Shown: piece by piece, positions 15,873 through 25,732 of the stretch
Layout of the letters: each line of letters begins with the position of its first letter
How positions within the stretch are numbered: position 1 is the stretch's first letter
Source of the DNA: an uncultured Actinomyces sp.
Lineage (GTDB): Bacteria; Actinomycetota; Actinomycetes; S36-B12
Length of the DNA stretch: 39,920 nucleotides
NCBI GenBank assembly: GCA_964476205.1
Contig: CAYYZU010000001.1
Span: 1 to 39,920 of the forward strand
Direction of reading: 5' to 3'
Program-made: the position numbers and the translations under genes
The notes under the pieces: generated by a model
What the model was told of the DNA's origin: nothing
The model's input: only the letters and a program-made list of their open reading frames with translations
The model's database searches: none

Positions 15873-17105
15873 ATGGAGTCCTGGCCGCGTCCTGCTGTCC
15901 CCGTGCTCGGTCCTGGCGGCAGACCCGTCCGTTTGCGCGACACCGCGAGCGGTGAGCTTCGGCCTACAGCGCCGGGTGAAGAGGCGCGGCTGTACGTGTG
16001 CGGCATCACGCCGTACGACGCGACCCACATGGGCCATGCCGCCACCTACCTCGCCTTCGACACCCTCGTGCGGGCATGGCGTGATGCCGGCCACAGCGTG
16101 CACTACGTCCAGAACGTCACCGATATCGACGACCCTCTTCTCGAGCGCGCGGTTGCCACCGGTCAGGACTGGCGCGAGATCGCGCGTCGGGAGACGCAGC
16201 TCTTCCGCGAGGACATGGAATTCCTGCGCGTGGTGCCGCCGGATGACTACATCGGAGCGGTGGAGTCGATCCCGAGCGTGGTGACCTGCATCCAGGGGCT
16301 GAGCGAGCGCGGCGCGGTCTACGACCTCGAGGGTGACCTGTACTTCGACATCGCGTCCGATCCACTCTTCGGCGGTGTATCGGGGCTCTCGCGCGAGGAG
16401 ATGCTTGTCCTGTTCGCCGAGCGAGGTGGGGACCCGCTGAGGCCCGGCAAGCGGGATGCGCTCGACCCGCTCCTGTGGCGCGCGGCTCGACCCGAGGAGC
16501 CGGCGTGGGACACGGCCCTCGGCCATGGCCGCCCTGGCTGGCACATCGAGTGCGTCGCCATCGCGCTCGATCACCTAGGCATGACCTTCGATGTGCAGGG
16601 CGGCGGCCGCGACCTCATCTTCCCTCACCACGAGATGGGGGCGAGCCACGCGGAGGTGCTGGAAGGCAGACGTCCCTATGCGCGTGACTACGTGCACGCG
16701 GGGATGGTCGGGCTCGACGGCGTGAAAATGAGCAAGTCGCTCGGCAACCTGGTCTTCGTCCATCGCCTCCGAGAGGCGGGAGTGCGACCAGGAGCGATCC
16801 GACTCGCGGTCCTGTCTCATCACTACCGCGAGGACTGGGACTGGACGGATGCAGATCTGCATGAGGCCGAGGAGCGCCTGGAACGCTGGGCGCGGGCCGT
16901 CTCGCTCCCCGTCGGACCGCCTGCGGAGTCGACCATCACGGCGATGCGCGTCGCCGTTGCGGATGACCTCGACACCCGCTCAGCGATCCACGCCGTCGAC
17001 AGGTGGGCTGACGATGCACTCACACGCGGGGGCGACAACGCCGAGGCGCCCTCGCGCATCCGAGAGGCCGTCGATGCGCTCCTCGGGGTGGATCTGGGAG
17101 CGTGA
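15873..17105 (+). CDS. mshC: L-cysteine:1D-myo-inositol 2-amino-2-deoxy-alpha-D-glucopyranoside ligase (mycothiol ligase)
   Basis: A CysRS-like catalytic core without an anticodon domain: [28 protein letters not shown], and KMSKSLGN. The length is 410 aa. Confidence 0.9.
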   Translation: MESWPRPAVPVLGPGGRPVRLRDTASGELRPTAPGEEARLYVCGITPYDATHMGHAATYLAFDTLVRAWRDAGHSVHYVQNVTDIDDPLLERAVATGQDWREIARRETQLFREDMEFLRVVPPDDYIGAVESIPSVVTCIQGLSERGAVYDLEGDLYFDIASDPLFGGVSGLSREEMLVLFAERGGDPLRPGKRDALDPLLWRAARPEEPAWDTALGHGRPGWHIECVAIALDHLGMTFDVQGGGRDLIFPHHEMGASHAEVLEGRRPYARDYVHAGMVGLDGVKMSKSLGNLVFVHRLREAGVRPGAIRLAVLSHHYREDWDWTDADLHEAEERLERWARAVSLPVGPPAESTITAMRVAVADDLDTRSAIHAVDRWADDALTRGGDNAEAPSRIREAVDALLGVDLGA

Positions 17106-17108
17106 GAA

Positions 17109-18143
17109 CTACGAGGACTTCTCGTCGTGGCCCCCGAACTCCTTGCGCTGCGCTGACATGATCTTGTAGGCGAAGTCGGCCATGCCCTGGCTGTCGAAGC
17201 GTGAGTAGAGCGCCTCGGTGAGCACGGGTGCGGGCACCCCTTCCTCGATGGCCGCGATAGACGTCCAACGGCCTTCACCGGAGTCCGACACGCGACCCGA
17301 GAACTCCGCCAGGTCACCTGACCGCGACAGTGCAAGCGCCGTCAGATCGAGGAGCCAGGAGCCGACGACGCTGCCGCGCCGCCACACTTCCGCGATCGCG
17401 GGCAGGTCGAAGTCGTACTGGTAGTACTCCGGATGCTCCAGGGGCGCCGTCTCCGCGTCCGCATCACGCTGGCGGAGCCCAGTGTCGGCGTGCTTGAGGA
17501 TGTTCAGTCCCTCGGCGTAAGCGGCCATGAGGCCGTATTCGATGCCGTTGTGGACCATCTTTACGAAGTGGCCCGCCCCATTGGGGCCGCAGTGCAGCCA
17601 GCCGGATTCGCCGGGCACGAGATCCCCCGTGCGATCGCCGGTGCGGGGCGCTGAGTCGACGCCGGGCGCGACCGAGTCCCAGATGGGATCCAGTCGGTTC
17701 ACGGCCTCGTCGTCGCCGCCGATCATGAGGGAGTAGCCGCGCTCCAGGCCCCAGACCCCGCCCGATGTGCCGCAATCGACGTAGTGAATCCCCTGAGGGC
17801 GCAGGGCGGCAGCACGTCGGATGTCGTCGCGGTAGTAGGAGTTGCCGCCGTCGATCATCGTGTCGCCCTGCTCAAGCAGCCCGCCGAGCTCGTCCACGAC
17901 GGCCTGAGTGATGGCGCCTGCGGGAACCATGATCCAGACATTGCGGGGTGAATCCATTTTGGCCACGAGGTCTGCCAGGGATGTGGCGCCAACGGCCCCC
18001 TCAGACACGAGGGCGGCGACCGCTGCGGGATCCCTGTCGTAGACCACCGCCGAATGCCCGTCGCGCATGACCCGGCGCACGATGTTGGCGCCCATGCGGC
18101 CCAGTCCGATCATGCCCAATTGCATGGGCTTCGACGTCGTCAT
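17109..18143 (-). CDS. gnd: 6-phosphogluconate dehydrogenase (decarboxylating), short form
   Basis: MQLGMIGLGRMGANIVRR...DGGNSYYRDD...GPNGAGHFVKMVHNGIEYG is present. The start is ATG 18143 (GAAGGGAAG upstream) or ATG 18125. Confidence 0.85.
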   Translation of the reverse strand: MTTSKPMQLGMIGLGRMGANIVRRVMRDGHSAVVYDRDPAAVAALVSEGAVGATSLADLVAKMDSPRNVWIMVPAGAITQAVVDELGGLLEQGDTMIDGGNSYYRDDIRRAAALRPQGIHYVDCGTSGGVWGLERGYSLMIGGDDEAVNRLDPIWDSVAPGVDSAPRTGDRTGDLVPGESGWLHCGPNGAGHFVKMVHNGIEYGLMAAYAEGLNILKHADTGLRQRDADAETAPLEHPEYYQYDFDLPAIAEVWRRGSVVGSWLLDLTALALSRSGDLAEFSGRVSDSGEGRWTSIAAIEEGVPAPVLTEALYSRFDSQGMADFAYKIMSAQRKEFGGHDEKSS

Positions 18144-18166
18144 GGCGTCTTCCCTTCGTCAGGTGT

Positions 18167-18183
18167 CCGCGCCATCGGCGCGG
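18167..18183. repeat. GC-rich hairpin CCGCGCC-ATC-GGCGCGG in the gnd leader / pgi upstream region
   Basis: A perfect 7-bp stem with a 3-nt loop, read directly from the sequence. Confidence 0.5.
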
Positions 18184-18199
18184 AGTGTCCCTTGCGGCA

Positions 18200-18224
18200 T
18201 ACGGTGTACGACTCGCACACCGTA
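18200..18224. promoter_or_regulatory. Perfect 8-bp inverted repeat TACGGTGT-N9-ACACCGTA; each arm holds a TACGGT -10-like hexamer facing pgi (+) or gnd (-)
   Basis: Read directly. The outer arms CTTGC (18191-18195) and GCAAG (18227-18231) extend the dyad imperfectly. Confidence 0.45.
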
Positions 18225-18240
18225 GTGCAAGGCTTCGTGC

Positions 18241-19878
18241 ATGGACGCTACGGAATCAGCAGATCCTGCCCGCACACCAGCGTGGGGCCGCCTCCTGGAG
18301 CTCGCCCCTCCCATGCGCGAGAGGAGCCTGAGGACACTCTTCGCCCAGGAGCCTGATCGAGGGCCCGCGTGGACGGTGGAAGCCGCGGGGCTCCGGGTGG
18401 ACTTCAGCAAGCAGCGCGTCACGCATGAGGTGATGGACGCCCTCCTCGAACTTGCCGTCGAGCGAGGAGTGCTCGCGCGGCGCGATGCAATGTTCTCGGG
18501 CGGGCACATCAACACCACGGAAGACAGAGCGGTCTTGCACACCGCTCTGCGCCTCCCGCCGGGGGCATCGCTCTACGTCGATGGGAGCGACGTGGCCGCC
18601 GAGGTCCATGACGTCCTCAGGAGGATGGCCGACTTCTCTGATCGCGTGCGCGCGGGGGAGTGGACGGGTGCCACAGGCCAACGGATCCGCAACGTCATCA
18701 ACATCGGCATCGGCGGATCCGATCTCGGTCCCGCCATGGCCTACGGGGCTTTGCGCTACTACTCGGATCGCGACATGACCTTCAAGTTCGTGTCGAACGT
18801 CGACCCCACGGACATCACCGAGGCGCTCCGCGGACTCGACCCCGCACACACGCTCTTCATTGTCGCGTCCAAGACGTTCGGTACGCAGGAGACCCTGACC
18901 AACGCCAAGGCGGCACGCCAATGGATCGTTGACGCGCTGGGTGAGGGTGCGGTGGAGAAGCACTTTGTCGCGGTCTCCACGAACTCGGAGCGTGTTGCTG
19001 CCTTCGGTATCGACACCGACAACATGTTCGGCTTCTGGGACTGGGTAGGCGGCCGATACTCGATGGACTCGGCCATCGGACTGAGCACCATGATCGCTAT
19101 CGGGCCTCAGCGCTTCCAGGAGATGCTCGACGGCTTCCACGCGATGGATCAGCATTTCCTCCACGCGGATCCGTCATCGAACCTCCCGCTGCGGATGGGC
19201 CTCATCGCGGTGTGGAATCGCGACTTCCTCGACATTCCGACCAACGCGGTGCTGCCCTACGCGCAGTTCCTCGCTCGCTTCCCGGCGTACCTGCAGCAAC
19301 TCACCATGGAGAGCAACGGCAAGTCTGTGCGACTTGACGGCGCGCACGTGGACTACAACACGGGAGCGATCTACTGGGGTGAGGCGGGCACCAACGGGCA
19401 GCACTCGTTTTACCAGTTGCTTCACCAGGGGACCGAGATCGTGTCATGCGACTTCGTCCTCTTCGCACAAGCGCTGGAGCCCGTCTTCAACATGCAGGAC
19501 ATGCTCGCAGCCAATGCCCTTGCTCAGGCGGCCGTGCTCGCCTTCGGTCGCACGGCCGAAGAAGTGCGTGCGGACGGCACTCCCGAGGAACTCGTGCCCC
19601 ATAAGGTGATGCCCGGCAATCGACCATCGACATTCATCCTGGCGGCCCGACTCGAACCCCACGCACTGGGCGCCCTCATCGCACTCTACGAGCACAGCGT
19701 CTTCGTGCAGGGGGCGATCTGGGGCATCGACAGCTTCGATCAGTGGGGCGTCGAACTCGGCAAGCAGATGGCGAACTCGATCCTGCCCGACCTTGAGGAT
19801 GCTGATCGACCGCTCGACAGGGACTCCTCTACTGACGCGCTCATCCGCGCCTACCAAGCCATGAGCGCACGGGCGTGA
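18241..19878 (+). CDS. pgi: Glucose-6-phosphate isomerase
   Basis: [20 protein letters not shown]-type motif (SKTFGTQET) and [12 protein letters not shown] are present. The length is 545 aa. Confidence 0.92.
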   Translation: MDATESADPARTPAWGRLLELAPPMRERSLRTLFAQEPDRGPAWTVEAAGLRVDFSKQRVTHEVMDALLELAVERGVLARRDAMFSGGHINTTEDRAVLHTALRLPPGASLYVDGSDVAAEVHDVLRRMADFSDRVRAGEWTGATGQRIRNVINIGIGGSDLGPAMAYGALRYYSDRDMTFKFVSNVDPTDITEALRGLDPAHTLFIVASKTFGTQETLTNAKAARQWIVDALGEGAVEKHFVAVSTNSERVAAFGIDTDNMFGFWDWVGGRYSMDSAIGLSTMIAIGPQRFQEMLDGFHAMDQHFLHADPSSNLPLRMGLIAVWNRDFLDIPTNAVLPYAQFLARFPAYLQQLTMESNGKSVRLDGAHVDYNTGAIYWGEAGTNGQHSFYQLLHQGTEIVSCDFVLFAQALEPVFNMQDMLAANALAQAAVLAFGRTAEEVRADGTPEELVPHKVMPGNRPSTFILAARLEPHALGALIALYEHSVFVQGAIWGIDSFDQWGVELGKQMANSILPDLEDADRPLDRDSSTDALIRAYQAMSARA

Positions 19879-19924
19879 CTTGGCGAGGCAAGCGGGAAAC
19901 GCGACCCGGGTCCGAGTGCGAGCG

Positions 19925-20776
19925 CTAGCTCCCGTCGGTGCCGCGCCGCCGTAGATAGCGCTCGAACTCTCGCGCAATGGCCTCGCCACTGGCCTCAGGC
20001 AGATCCGTCGTGTCGCGGGCCTCTTCGAGCTGACGCACGTAGTCCGCAACCTCTTCATCATCGGCGGCTAGCTCGTCCACGCCGATCTCCCAGGCGCGCG
20101 CTTCCTCCACCAGGTCGCCGAGAGGCACCGGCACGTCGAGCAGGTCCTCCACCCGGCGCACGAGTGCGAGGGTGGCCTTGGGGGATGGCGCCTGAGCCAC
20201 GTAGTGGGGGACCGCAGCCCACAGGGACACCGAAGGCATTCCCCGTCGGGCGCACGCCTCCTGGAGCACGCCGACTATCCCCGTGGGGCCCTCGTAGTGA
20301 GAGGGCTCCACTCCGAGGCTCAGGGCCGTCCCCGGGTCGGTCGCGGTGCCGGTCACCGGCACAGGACGCGAGTGGGGGCTGTCGGAGAGGAGCGCACCCA
20401 GCGTCACCGAGAGTGTCACGCCGAGTTCCGCGGCAAGGCCGAGGATCTCCTCCGTGAACTGGCGCCAACGCATGTTGGGCTCGATGCCGTGCACGAGCAC
20501 GACATCCCTGGTCGCGAGCGGCAGCCGCGCAATGTAGACGCGCGTCGTGGGCCAGGTGAGTCGGCGCACGCCCTCGTCATCGAAGGCGATCATGGGCCGG
20601 TTTACCTGGTAGTCGTAGTAGTCCTCGGGATCGATCTCCGCGAGCGGCGTCGCGTCCCAGACCCGGACGAGGTGATCGACCGCGTCGCTTGCGGAGTCGC
20701 CCGCGTCGTTCCATCCCTCGAAGGCTGCGACGAGGACCGGATCGACGAGCTCGGGCAGGGCCTCGAATTCGATCAT
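19925..20776 (-). CDS. PAC2 (proteasome assembly chaperone 2-like) family protein
   Basis: MIEFEALPELVDPVLVAAFEGWNDAGDSASDAV is the typical bacterial PAC2-family N-terminus (Rv2125-like, from memory). The start is trimmed to ATG 20776, with GGAGG 8 nt upstream. Confidence 0.7.
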   Translation of the reverse strand: MIEFEALPELVDPVLVAAFEGWNDAGDSASDAVDHLVRVWDATPLAEIDPEDYYDYQVNRPMIAFDDEGVRRLTWPTTRVYIARLPLATRDVVLVHGIEPNMRWRQFTEEILGLAAELGVTLSVTLGALLSDSPHSRPVPVTGTATDPGTALSLGVEPSHYEGPTGIVGVLQEACARRGMPSVSLWAAVPHYVAQAPSPKATLALVRRVEDLLDVPVPLGDLVEEARAWEIGVDELAADDEEVADYVRQLEEARDTTDLPEASGEAIAREFERYLRRRGTDGS

Positions 20777-20843
20777 GTGGCCACCTCCGGTCCCCGAGAC
20801 GCGCGCCCCCGGCGCGATCACCCTATGTCACGGAGCCCGCCGA

Positions 20844-20849
20844 TAGCCT
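20844..20849 (+). promoter_or_regulatory. -10-like hexamer TAGCCT, 8 nt upstream of ATG 20858
   Basis: The sequence reads TAGCCT ccatgccc ATG GAC. This supports ATG 20858 as a leaderless start. Confidence 0.35.
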
Positions 20850-20857
20850 CCATGCCC

Positions 20858-21538
20858 ATGGACCTCCCCGCGGCCGTGCTTTTCGACCTCGACGGCACCC
20901 TGTTGGACTCCGAAGACCTGTGGTGGGACGCCGAGTGCCGGGTCGTCTCCAGCTGGGGTGGCACCTGGACGCGTGAGGACCAGGCGCACTGCCTGGGTGG
21001 GCCGCTCGAGCGCGTCACGACCTACATGGCCCGCCAGACGGGCTCACCCCACCCGCCTGAGCGCATCGGTGCCCACCTGCTTGCCGAGATGGAGTCGCTG
21101 CTGCGGGCAGGGGATCTCGAATGGCGCCCCGGGGCGCTGGAGCTTCTCACCGAGTGCCGCGCTGCCGGCGTACCCACCGCCCTCGTGTCGGCCTCCCACC
21201 GACGGCTGCTCGATGCCGTCGCCGATGCGGTTGCCGACCACCCGGGCATGCCCGATCCGGCATTCGACATCACCGTGGCGGGCGATGAGGTCGATCAGGG
21301 CAAGCCTCACCCGGAGCCGTACCTGGAGGCCGCGCGACGACTAGGCGTGCCCATCTCATCCTGCATCGTCATCGAGGACTCGCCGACCGGTGTCGCGTCG
21401 GGCCAGGCCAGTGGCGCGTATGTGCTTGCGGTGCCGCATCTCGTGGACATCCCGCCGCAGGAACGCCGACACGTGGTGGCATCGCTCGAGGGCGTGACTC
21501 TGGACGACCTGCGTGACTGGGTTAGCCTCCCCGGATGA
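20858..21538 (+). CDS. HAD-superfamily hydrolase
   Basis: MDLPAAVLFDLDGTLLDS (DxDGT motif I) and VIEDSPTGVASG (motif IV region) are present. Alternative starts are 20852 and 20825. The track's 444-aa ORF is a shadow extension across the PAC2 gene. Confidence 0.8.
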   Translation: MDLPAAVLFDLDGTLLDSEDLWWDAECRVVSSWGGTWTREDQAHCLGGPLERVTTYMARQTGSPHPPERIGAHLLAEMESLLRAGDLEWRPGALELLTECRAAGVPTALVSASHRRLLDAVADAVADHPGMPDPAFDITVAGDEVDQGKPHPEPYLEAARRLGVPISSCIVIEDSPTGVASGQASGAYVLAVPHLVDIPPQERRHVVASLEGVTLDDLRDWVSLPG

Positions 21539-22401
21539 CCGGCGACCGCGCTTTCTCCCCGGGTGACATCGTGCAGATCACCGACGACCGCGGACGTCAC
21601 CACACCCTCGTCCTGCAGCCGGGGGCGACATTCCACACCCATCGAGGCTCGATCAGTCACGACGATCTCCTTGGCCGTCCCGAGGGCATCGTCGTCACCA
21701 CTACGGGGGGTACGCGGTACGTCGCCCTGCGCTCCCTGCTGGAGGACTTCGTCCTGTCCATGCCGCGAGGCGCCGCCGTCATCTACCCGAAGGACGCTGC
21801 GCGTATCGCCATGCTTACGGGCCTGCGCCCCGGATGGTCGGTGCTCGAGGCGGGTGCAGGGTCGGGCGCGCTCACCTGCACGCTCATCCAGACGGTTGGC
21901 GCTCATGGCCGCGTCGTGTCGTGTGAGCGTCGCCCGGACTTCGCCGAAACCGCGCGCGCCAATGTGACGCGCTGGTTCGGCACTGCACCGGATTCCTGGA
22001 CCCTGCACGTCGGCGATCTCGCGGACCGCCCCTGGGATCCCGAGCTGACCGGCTCATTCGACGCGGTCGTGCTCGACATGCTCGATCCCTGGGAGCATCT
22101 TGACACCGTGGCCGCGGCATTGCGTCCAGGCGGCGTTCTGGTCGTCTATGTCGCAACCACGACGCAACTGTCGCGCGTTGCCGAGGACCTGCGTTCCCAT
22201 GGACGGTGGACGGAGCCGCGCGCCGAGGAATCCTTGGTCCGCACCTGGCATCTCGAGGGCCTCGCCGTGCGCCCGGATCACCGCATGGTGGGTCACACGG
22301 GCTTCCTGCTCACGTCCCGTCGTCTCGCCGACGGGACAGTGGCGCCCCCCCGCCGCCGGCGCCCGGCCAAGGGAATGACCGGGGGCGCGCCAGGCTCGTG
22401 A
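21535..22401 (+). CDS. trmI: tRNA (adenine(58)-N(1))-methyltransferase
   Basis: It has the N-terminal beta domain (GDIVQITDDRGRHHTLVLQPG) and SAM motif I VLEAGAGSGALT. The position upstream of arc matches Rv2118c. Its start overlaps the HAD stop as ATGA. Confidence 0.8.
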   Translation: MTGDRAFSPGDIVQITDDRGRHHTLVLQPGATFHTHRGSISHDDLLGRPEGIVVTTTGGTRYVALRSLLEDFVLSMPRGAAVIYPKDAARIAMLTGLRPGWSVLEAGAGSGALTCTLIQTVGAHGRVVSCERRPDFAETARANVTRWFGTAPDSWTLHVGDLADRPWDPELTGSFDAVVLDMLDPWEHLDTVAAALRPGGVLVVYVATTTQLSRVAEDLRSHGRWTEPRAEESLVRTWHLEGLAVRPDHRMVGHTGFLLTSRRLADGTVAPPRRRRPAKGMTGGAPGS

Positions 22402-22425
22402 CGGGCGTGGGGCGCCCGCTCTAGG

Positions 22426-22431
22426 TAGGGT
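22426..22431 (+). promoter_or_regulatory. -10-like hexamer TAGGGT upstream of arc (leader of about 26 nt, with SD AGGGAGG)
   Basis: The sequence reads cTAGGTAGGGTcgagg, followed by AGGGAGG at 22451-22457 and ATG at 22464. Confidence 0.35.
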
Positions 22432-22463
22432 CGAGGAATCGGCACCGACCAGGGAGGCGTGGC

Positions 22464-24116
22464 ATGAGCGAGCACGAGGCTGCGATGCGCACCCCTGAGG
22501 AACGCCTGCGCGTGCTGGAGTCCGAGCTGGCCGCAGCTCAGGCGCACAACGGCAGGCTCGTAGCCACCCTGCGCGACGCCCGCGAGCAAATCGTGGCGCT
22601 CAAGGCCGAGGTGGATCGCCTTGCGGAGCCGCCCGGCAGTTACGGCGTCTTCCTCTGCCGCCTGGACGACGGTTCGCTCGATGTCGCGGTCGCTGGACGC
22701 AAGATGCGACTCGTTGCCTCGCCGGACGTCGACGCCACCGGCCTCCAGCCGGGCCAGGAGGTCATGCTCAACGAGGCGCTCAATGTCGTGGGGGTGCGCG
22801 ATTTCGAACGCATCGGCGAGATCGTCATGCTCAAGGAGCTCCTCGCCGACGGGGAGCGGGCCCTGGTCGTCGGCCGCGCCGACGAGGAGCGCGTGGTCGG
22901 CCTCGCTGAACCCCTTCGGCAGCGGACACTGCGCGCGGGCGATTCGCTGCTCATGGAGCCGCGAAGCAGCTACGTCTTCGAGGTGATCCCCAAGTCCGAG
23001 GTCGAGGAGCTTGTGCTCGAGCAGGTACCCGACGTCGACTACGCCGACATCGGAGGCCTCGGCAGTCAGATCGACGCCATCAAGGACGCCGTTGAGTTGC
23101 CCTTCCTGCATCCGGAGCTCTTCGAAGAGCACCGCCTCGCTCCGCCCAAGGGAATCCTGCTCTACGGTCCGCCCGGCTGCGGCAAGACGCTCATTGCAAA
23201 GGCGGTTGCCAATTCACTTGCCAAGAAGGTGGCGGAGCGGACGGGACGCCAAGAGGGGCGGTCCTACTTCCTCAACATCAAGGGCCCGGAGCTGCTGAAC
23301 AAGTACGTCGGCGAGACCGAGCGTCACATCCGTCTCGTCTTCCAGAGGGCGCGCGAGAAGGCATCCGAGGGGATGCCCGTCATCGTCTTCTTCGACGAGA
23401 TGGACTCGCTTTTCCGCACGCGCGGTTCCGGCGTGTCCAGTGACGTCGAGAACACGATCGTGCCCCAGCTCCTGAGCGAGATCGACGGTGTCGAGAGCCT
23501 TGAGAACGTCATCGTCATCGGTGCGTCCAACCGCGAGGACATGATCGACCCAGCGATCCTGCGCCCCGGTCGCCTCGACGTGAAGATCAAGATCCAGCGT
23601 CCGGACGCCGAGGCCGCACGCGACATCCTCAGCAAGTACCTCACCCCTGATCTGCCCCTGCATTCGGAGGATCTCGGCGAGCACGGGGGCGACGCCGAGG
23701 CCACCTGCGCCGCAATGATCCAACGCGCCGTCGAACGGATGTACTCCGAGGACGACGACAATCGCTTCCTCGAGGTCACCTACGCCAACGGAGACAAGGA
23801 GGTCCTTTACTTCAAGGACTTCAACTCCGGGGCCATGCTGGAGAACATCGTCGCGCGTGCCAAGAAGATGGCGATCAAGGACTATCTCGACTACGGGCAG
23901 AAGGGCATACGCGTCCAGCACATGCTGACCGCCTGCGTCGATGAGTTCCGCGAGAACGAGGACCTTCCCAACACGACCAATCCGGACGATTGGGCACGGA
24001 TCTCGGGCAAGAAGGGCGAGCGCATCGTCTTCATTAGGACGCTGATTCAGGGCAAGCAGGGCACAGAGGCTGGGCGCCTCATCGATACCGTGCCCAACAC
24101 CGGCCAGTACCTCTGA
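22464..24116 (+). CDS. arc: Proteasome-associated AAA ATPase (ARC/Mpa)
   Basis: It has an N-terminal coiled coil, Walker A GPPGCGKT, Walker [10 protein letters not shown] and the C-terminal ...TGQYL proteasome-docking tail. Confidence 0.95.
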   Translation: MSEHEAAMRTPEERLRVLESELAAAQAHNGRLVATLRDAREQIVALKAEVDRLAEPPGSYGVFLCRLDDGSLDVAVAGRKMRLVASPDVDATGLQPGQEVMLNEALNVVGVRDFERIGEIVMLKELLADGERALVVGRADEERVVGLAEPLRQRTLRAGDSLLMEPRSSYVFEVIPKSEVEELVLEQVPDVDYADIGGLGSQIDAIKDAVELPFLHPELFEEHRLAPPKGILLYGPPGCGKTLIAKAVANSLAKKVAERTGRQEGRSYFLNIKGPELLNKYVGETERHIRLVFQRAREKASEGMPVIVFFDEMDSLFRTRGSGVSSDVENTIVPQLLSEIDGVESLENVIVIGASNREDMIDPAILRPGRLDVKIKIQRPDAEAARDILSKYLTPDLPLHSEDLGEHGGDAEATCAAMIQRAVERMYSEDDDNRFLEVTYANGDKEVLYFKDFNSGAMLENIVARAKKMAIKDYLDYGQKGIRVQHMLTACVDEFRENEDLPNTTNPDDWARISGKKGERIVFIRTLIQGKQGTEAGRLIDTVPNTGQYL

Positions 24117-24130
24117 TCGCGGGTAACGCA

Positions 24131-25645
24131 ATGAGCGTGCACCGTGTCATGGGTATCGAGACGGAGTACGGAATCAGCGTTCCGGGCCATCCTCATGTCA
24201 ATGCGATGACCACGTCGTCGGCGGTGGTGACGTCCTACAGGGGAGTCGCCGTCGGCGATCGGCGGAGCAGGGCTCGCTGGGACTTCGACGAGGAGCATCC
24301 GCTGCGCGATGCTCGCGGGTACGACATGTCGCGGGCAGAGGCCGACCCGAGCCAGCTCACGGACGAGGATCTCGGGCTGGCAAACCTGATTCTCACCAAT
24401 GGCGCCCGCCTCTACGTCGACCATGCGCATCCGGAGTTCTCGAGCCCGGAGGTGACGAACCCTCTCGATGCCGTGCTGTGGGACCGAGCGGGCATGGAGA
24501 TCATGGCGGACGCCGCGGCGGTCGCGACGCAGTCAGGGCCCTTCACGATCCAGCTCTACAAGAACAACACGGACAACAAAGGCGCGTCGTACGGATGCCA
24601 TGAGAACTACCTCATGCGTCGCGCTACGCCTTTCGCCGACATCGTGCGCGACCTCACCCCGTTCTTCGTCACCCGGCAGGTCTTCGCCGGAGCGGGCAGG
24701 GTCGGTCTAGGGCAGGAAGGCAGGGAGCCGGGATTCCAGCTCTCGCAGCGCGCCGACTTCTTCGAGGTCGAGGTCGGCCTGGAGACCACGCTCAAACGCC
24801 CGATCATCAACACCCGGGATGAGCCCCATGCGGACCCCGAGAGGCACCGCAGGCTCCACGTGATCGTCGGGGATGCCAACCTCTCCGAGGCGGCCACCTA
24901 TCTCAAGATGGGAAGTGCCTCGTTGGTGCTGGCCATCATCGAGGCGGGTGGCTTGCGCCAGGACCTTGTCCTGGCGGACCCCGTACGCGAGATCCACGCC
25001 GTATCCCACGATCCCTCTCTTACCCATCGGCTCACCCTCCGCGATGGGCGTCGTATGACCGCCCTGGAAATCCAGCGCGCCTATCTCGAAGCAGCGTCGG
25101 ACCTTGCCGAGAAGCAGGCGATTGCCGGCGTCGATGCGCAGACCGCCGACATCCTGCATCGTTGGGATCGAGTGCTGGCCGATTTGGCCGAGGATCCACG
25201 ACTAGCCGCCGATCGTGTCGACTGGTCGGCGAAGCTGAGCCTGCTCGATGGGTACCGCCGTCGTGATGGTCTTGAGTGGGGGAGTGCCCGGCTTGAGCTC
25301 ATCGATCTGCAGTACGCCGACATTCGCCCGGAGCGAGGCCTGGCGCTGCGCCTGGAGGCTTCGGGGCGCCTGGAGCGTCTGACGACGGTGCCCGACGTCG
25401 ATCGGGCGCGCGATCATCCGCCGACGGACACACGGGCGTACTTCCGCGGTGAATGCCTGCGGCGGTACGGCGATGCCGTTGCCGCCGCGTCGTGGGACTC
25501 CGTCATTTTCGATATCCCCGGCCAGGACGCGCTCCAGCGCGTGCCGACCCTCGAGCCGGTCCGGGGGACGCGAGACCACGTGGGCAGCCTCCTGGACTCC
25601 GCGGGTAGCGCCGAGGAGCTCCTTGAGGCGCTACGAGCTCAGTGA
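24131..25645 (+). CDS. dop: Pup deamidase/depupylase
   Basis: [11 protein letters not shown] is present. The protein is 504 aa, longer than PafA, and is a paralogue of the downstream pafA. It sits directly upstream of pup. Confidence 0.9.
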   Translation: MSVHRVMGIETEYGISVPGHPHVNAMTTSSAVVTSYRGVAVGDRRSRARWDFDEEHPLRDARGYDMSRAEADPSQLTDEDLGLANLILTNGARLYVDHAHPEFSSPEVTNPLDAVLWDRAGMEIMADAAAVATQSGPFTIQLYKNNTDNKGASYGCHENYLMRRATPFADIVRDLTPFFVTRQVFAGAGRVGLGQEGREPGFQLSQRADFFEVEVGLETTLKRPIINTRDEPHADPERHRRLHVIVGDANLSEAATYLKMGSASLVLAIIEAGGLRQDLVLADPVREIHAVSHDPSLTHRLTLRDGRRMTALEIQRAYLEAASDLAEKQAIAGVDAQTADILHRWDRVLADLAEDPRLAADRVDWSAKLSLLDGYRRRDGLEWGSARLELIDLQYADIRPERGLALRLEASGRLERLTTVPDVDRARDHPPTDTRAYFRGECLRRYGDAVAAASWDSVIFDIPGQDALQRVPTLEPVRGTRDHVGSLLDSAGSAEELLEALRAQ

Positions 25646-25720
25646 GGCCCGGGCGCTTCGATGCCAATGAGTGTTCCTGGGCCGTGGCGTGCGCAGACGG
25701 CACGGACGCTCCTCGGCGTC

Positions 25721-25726
25721 TAGGGT
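25721..25726 (+). promoter_or_regulatory. -10-like hexamer TAGGGT, 6 nt upstream of the pup ATG (candidate leaderless promoter)
   Basis: The sequence reads TAGGGT gtaggc ATG. There is no clear SD. Confidence 0.4.
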
Positions 25727-25732
25727 GTAGGC

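Noticed and set aside
17103-17111. Intrinsic terminators at the convergent gene junctions: mshC/gnd with a 3-nt gap, SDR/hydrolase 9 nt, uppP/corA 15 nt, pgi/PAC2 46 nt, DsbB-like/module 46 nt.
   Set aside because: The gaps are too short or lack a stem followed by a T-tract, so I cannot support any terminator call from sequence alone.
20204-21538. A 444-aa ORF extending the HAD hydrolase upstream. Similar N-terminal over-extensions occur at 29262-29945, 29750-30889, 31667-32185, 37372-38808, 12740-13837 and 6307-7947.
   Set aside because: The extensions overlap neighbouring genes or the tRNA, have no motifs, and better internal starts exist with SD or -10 signals.
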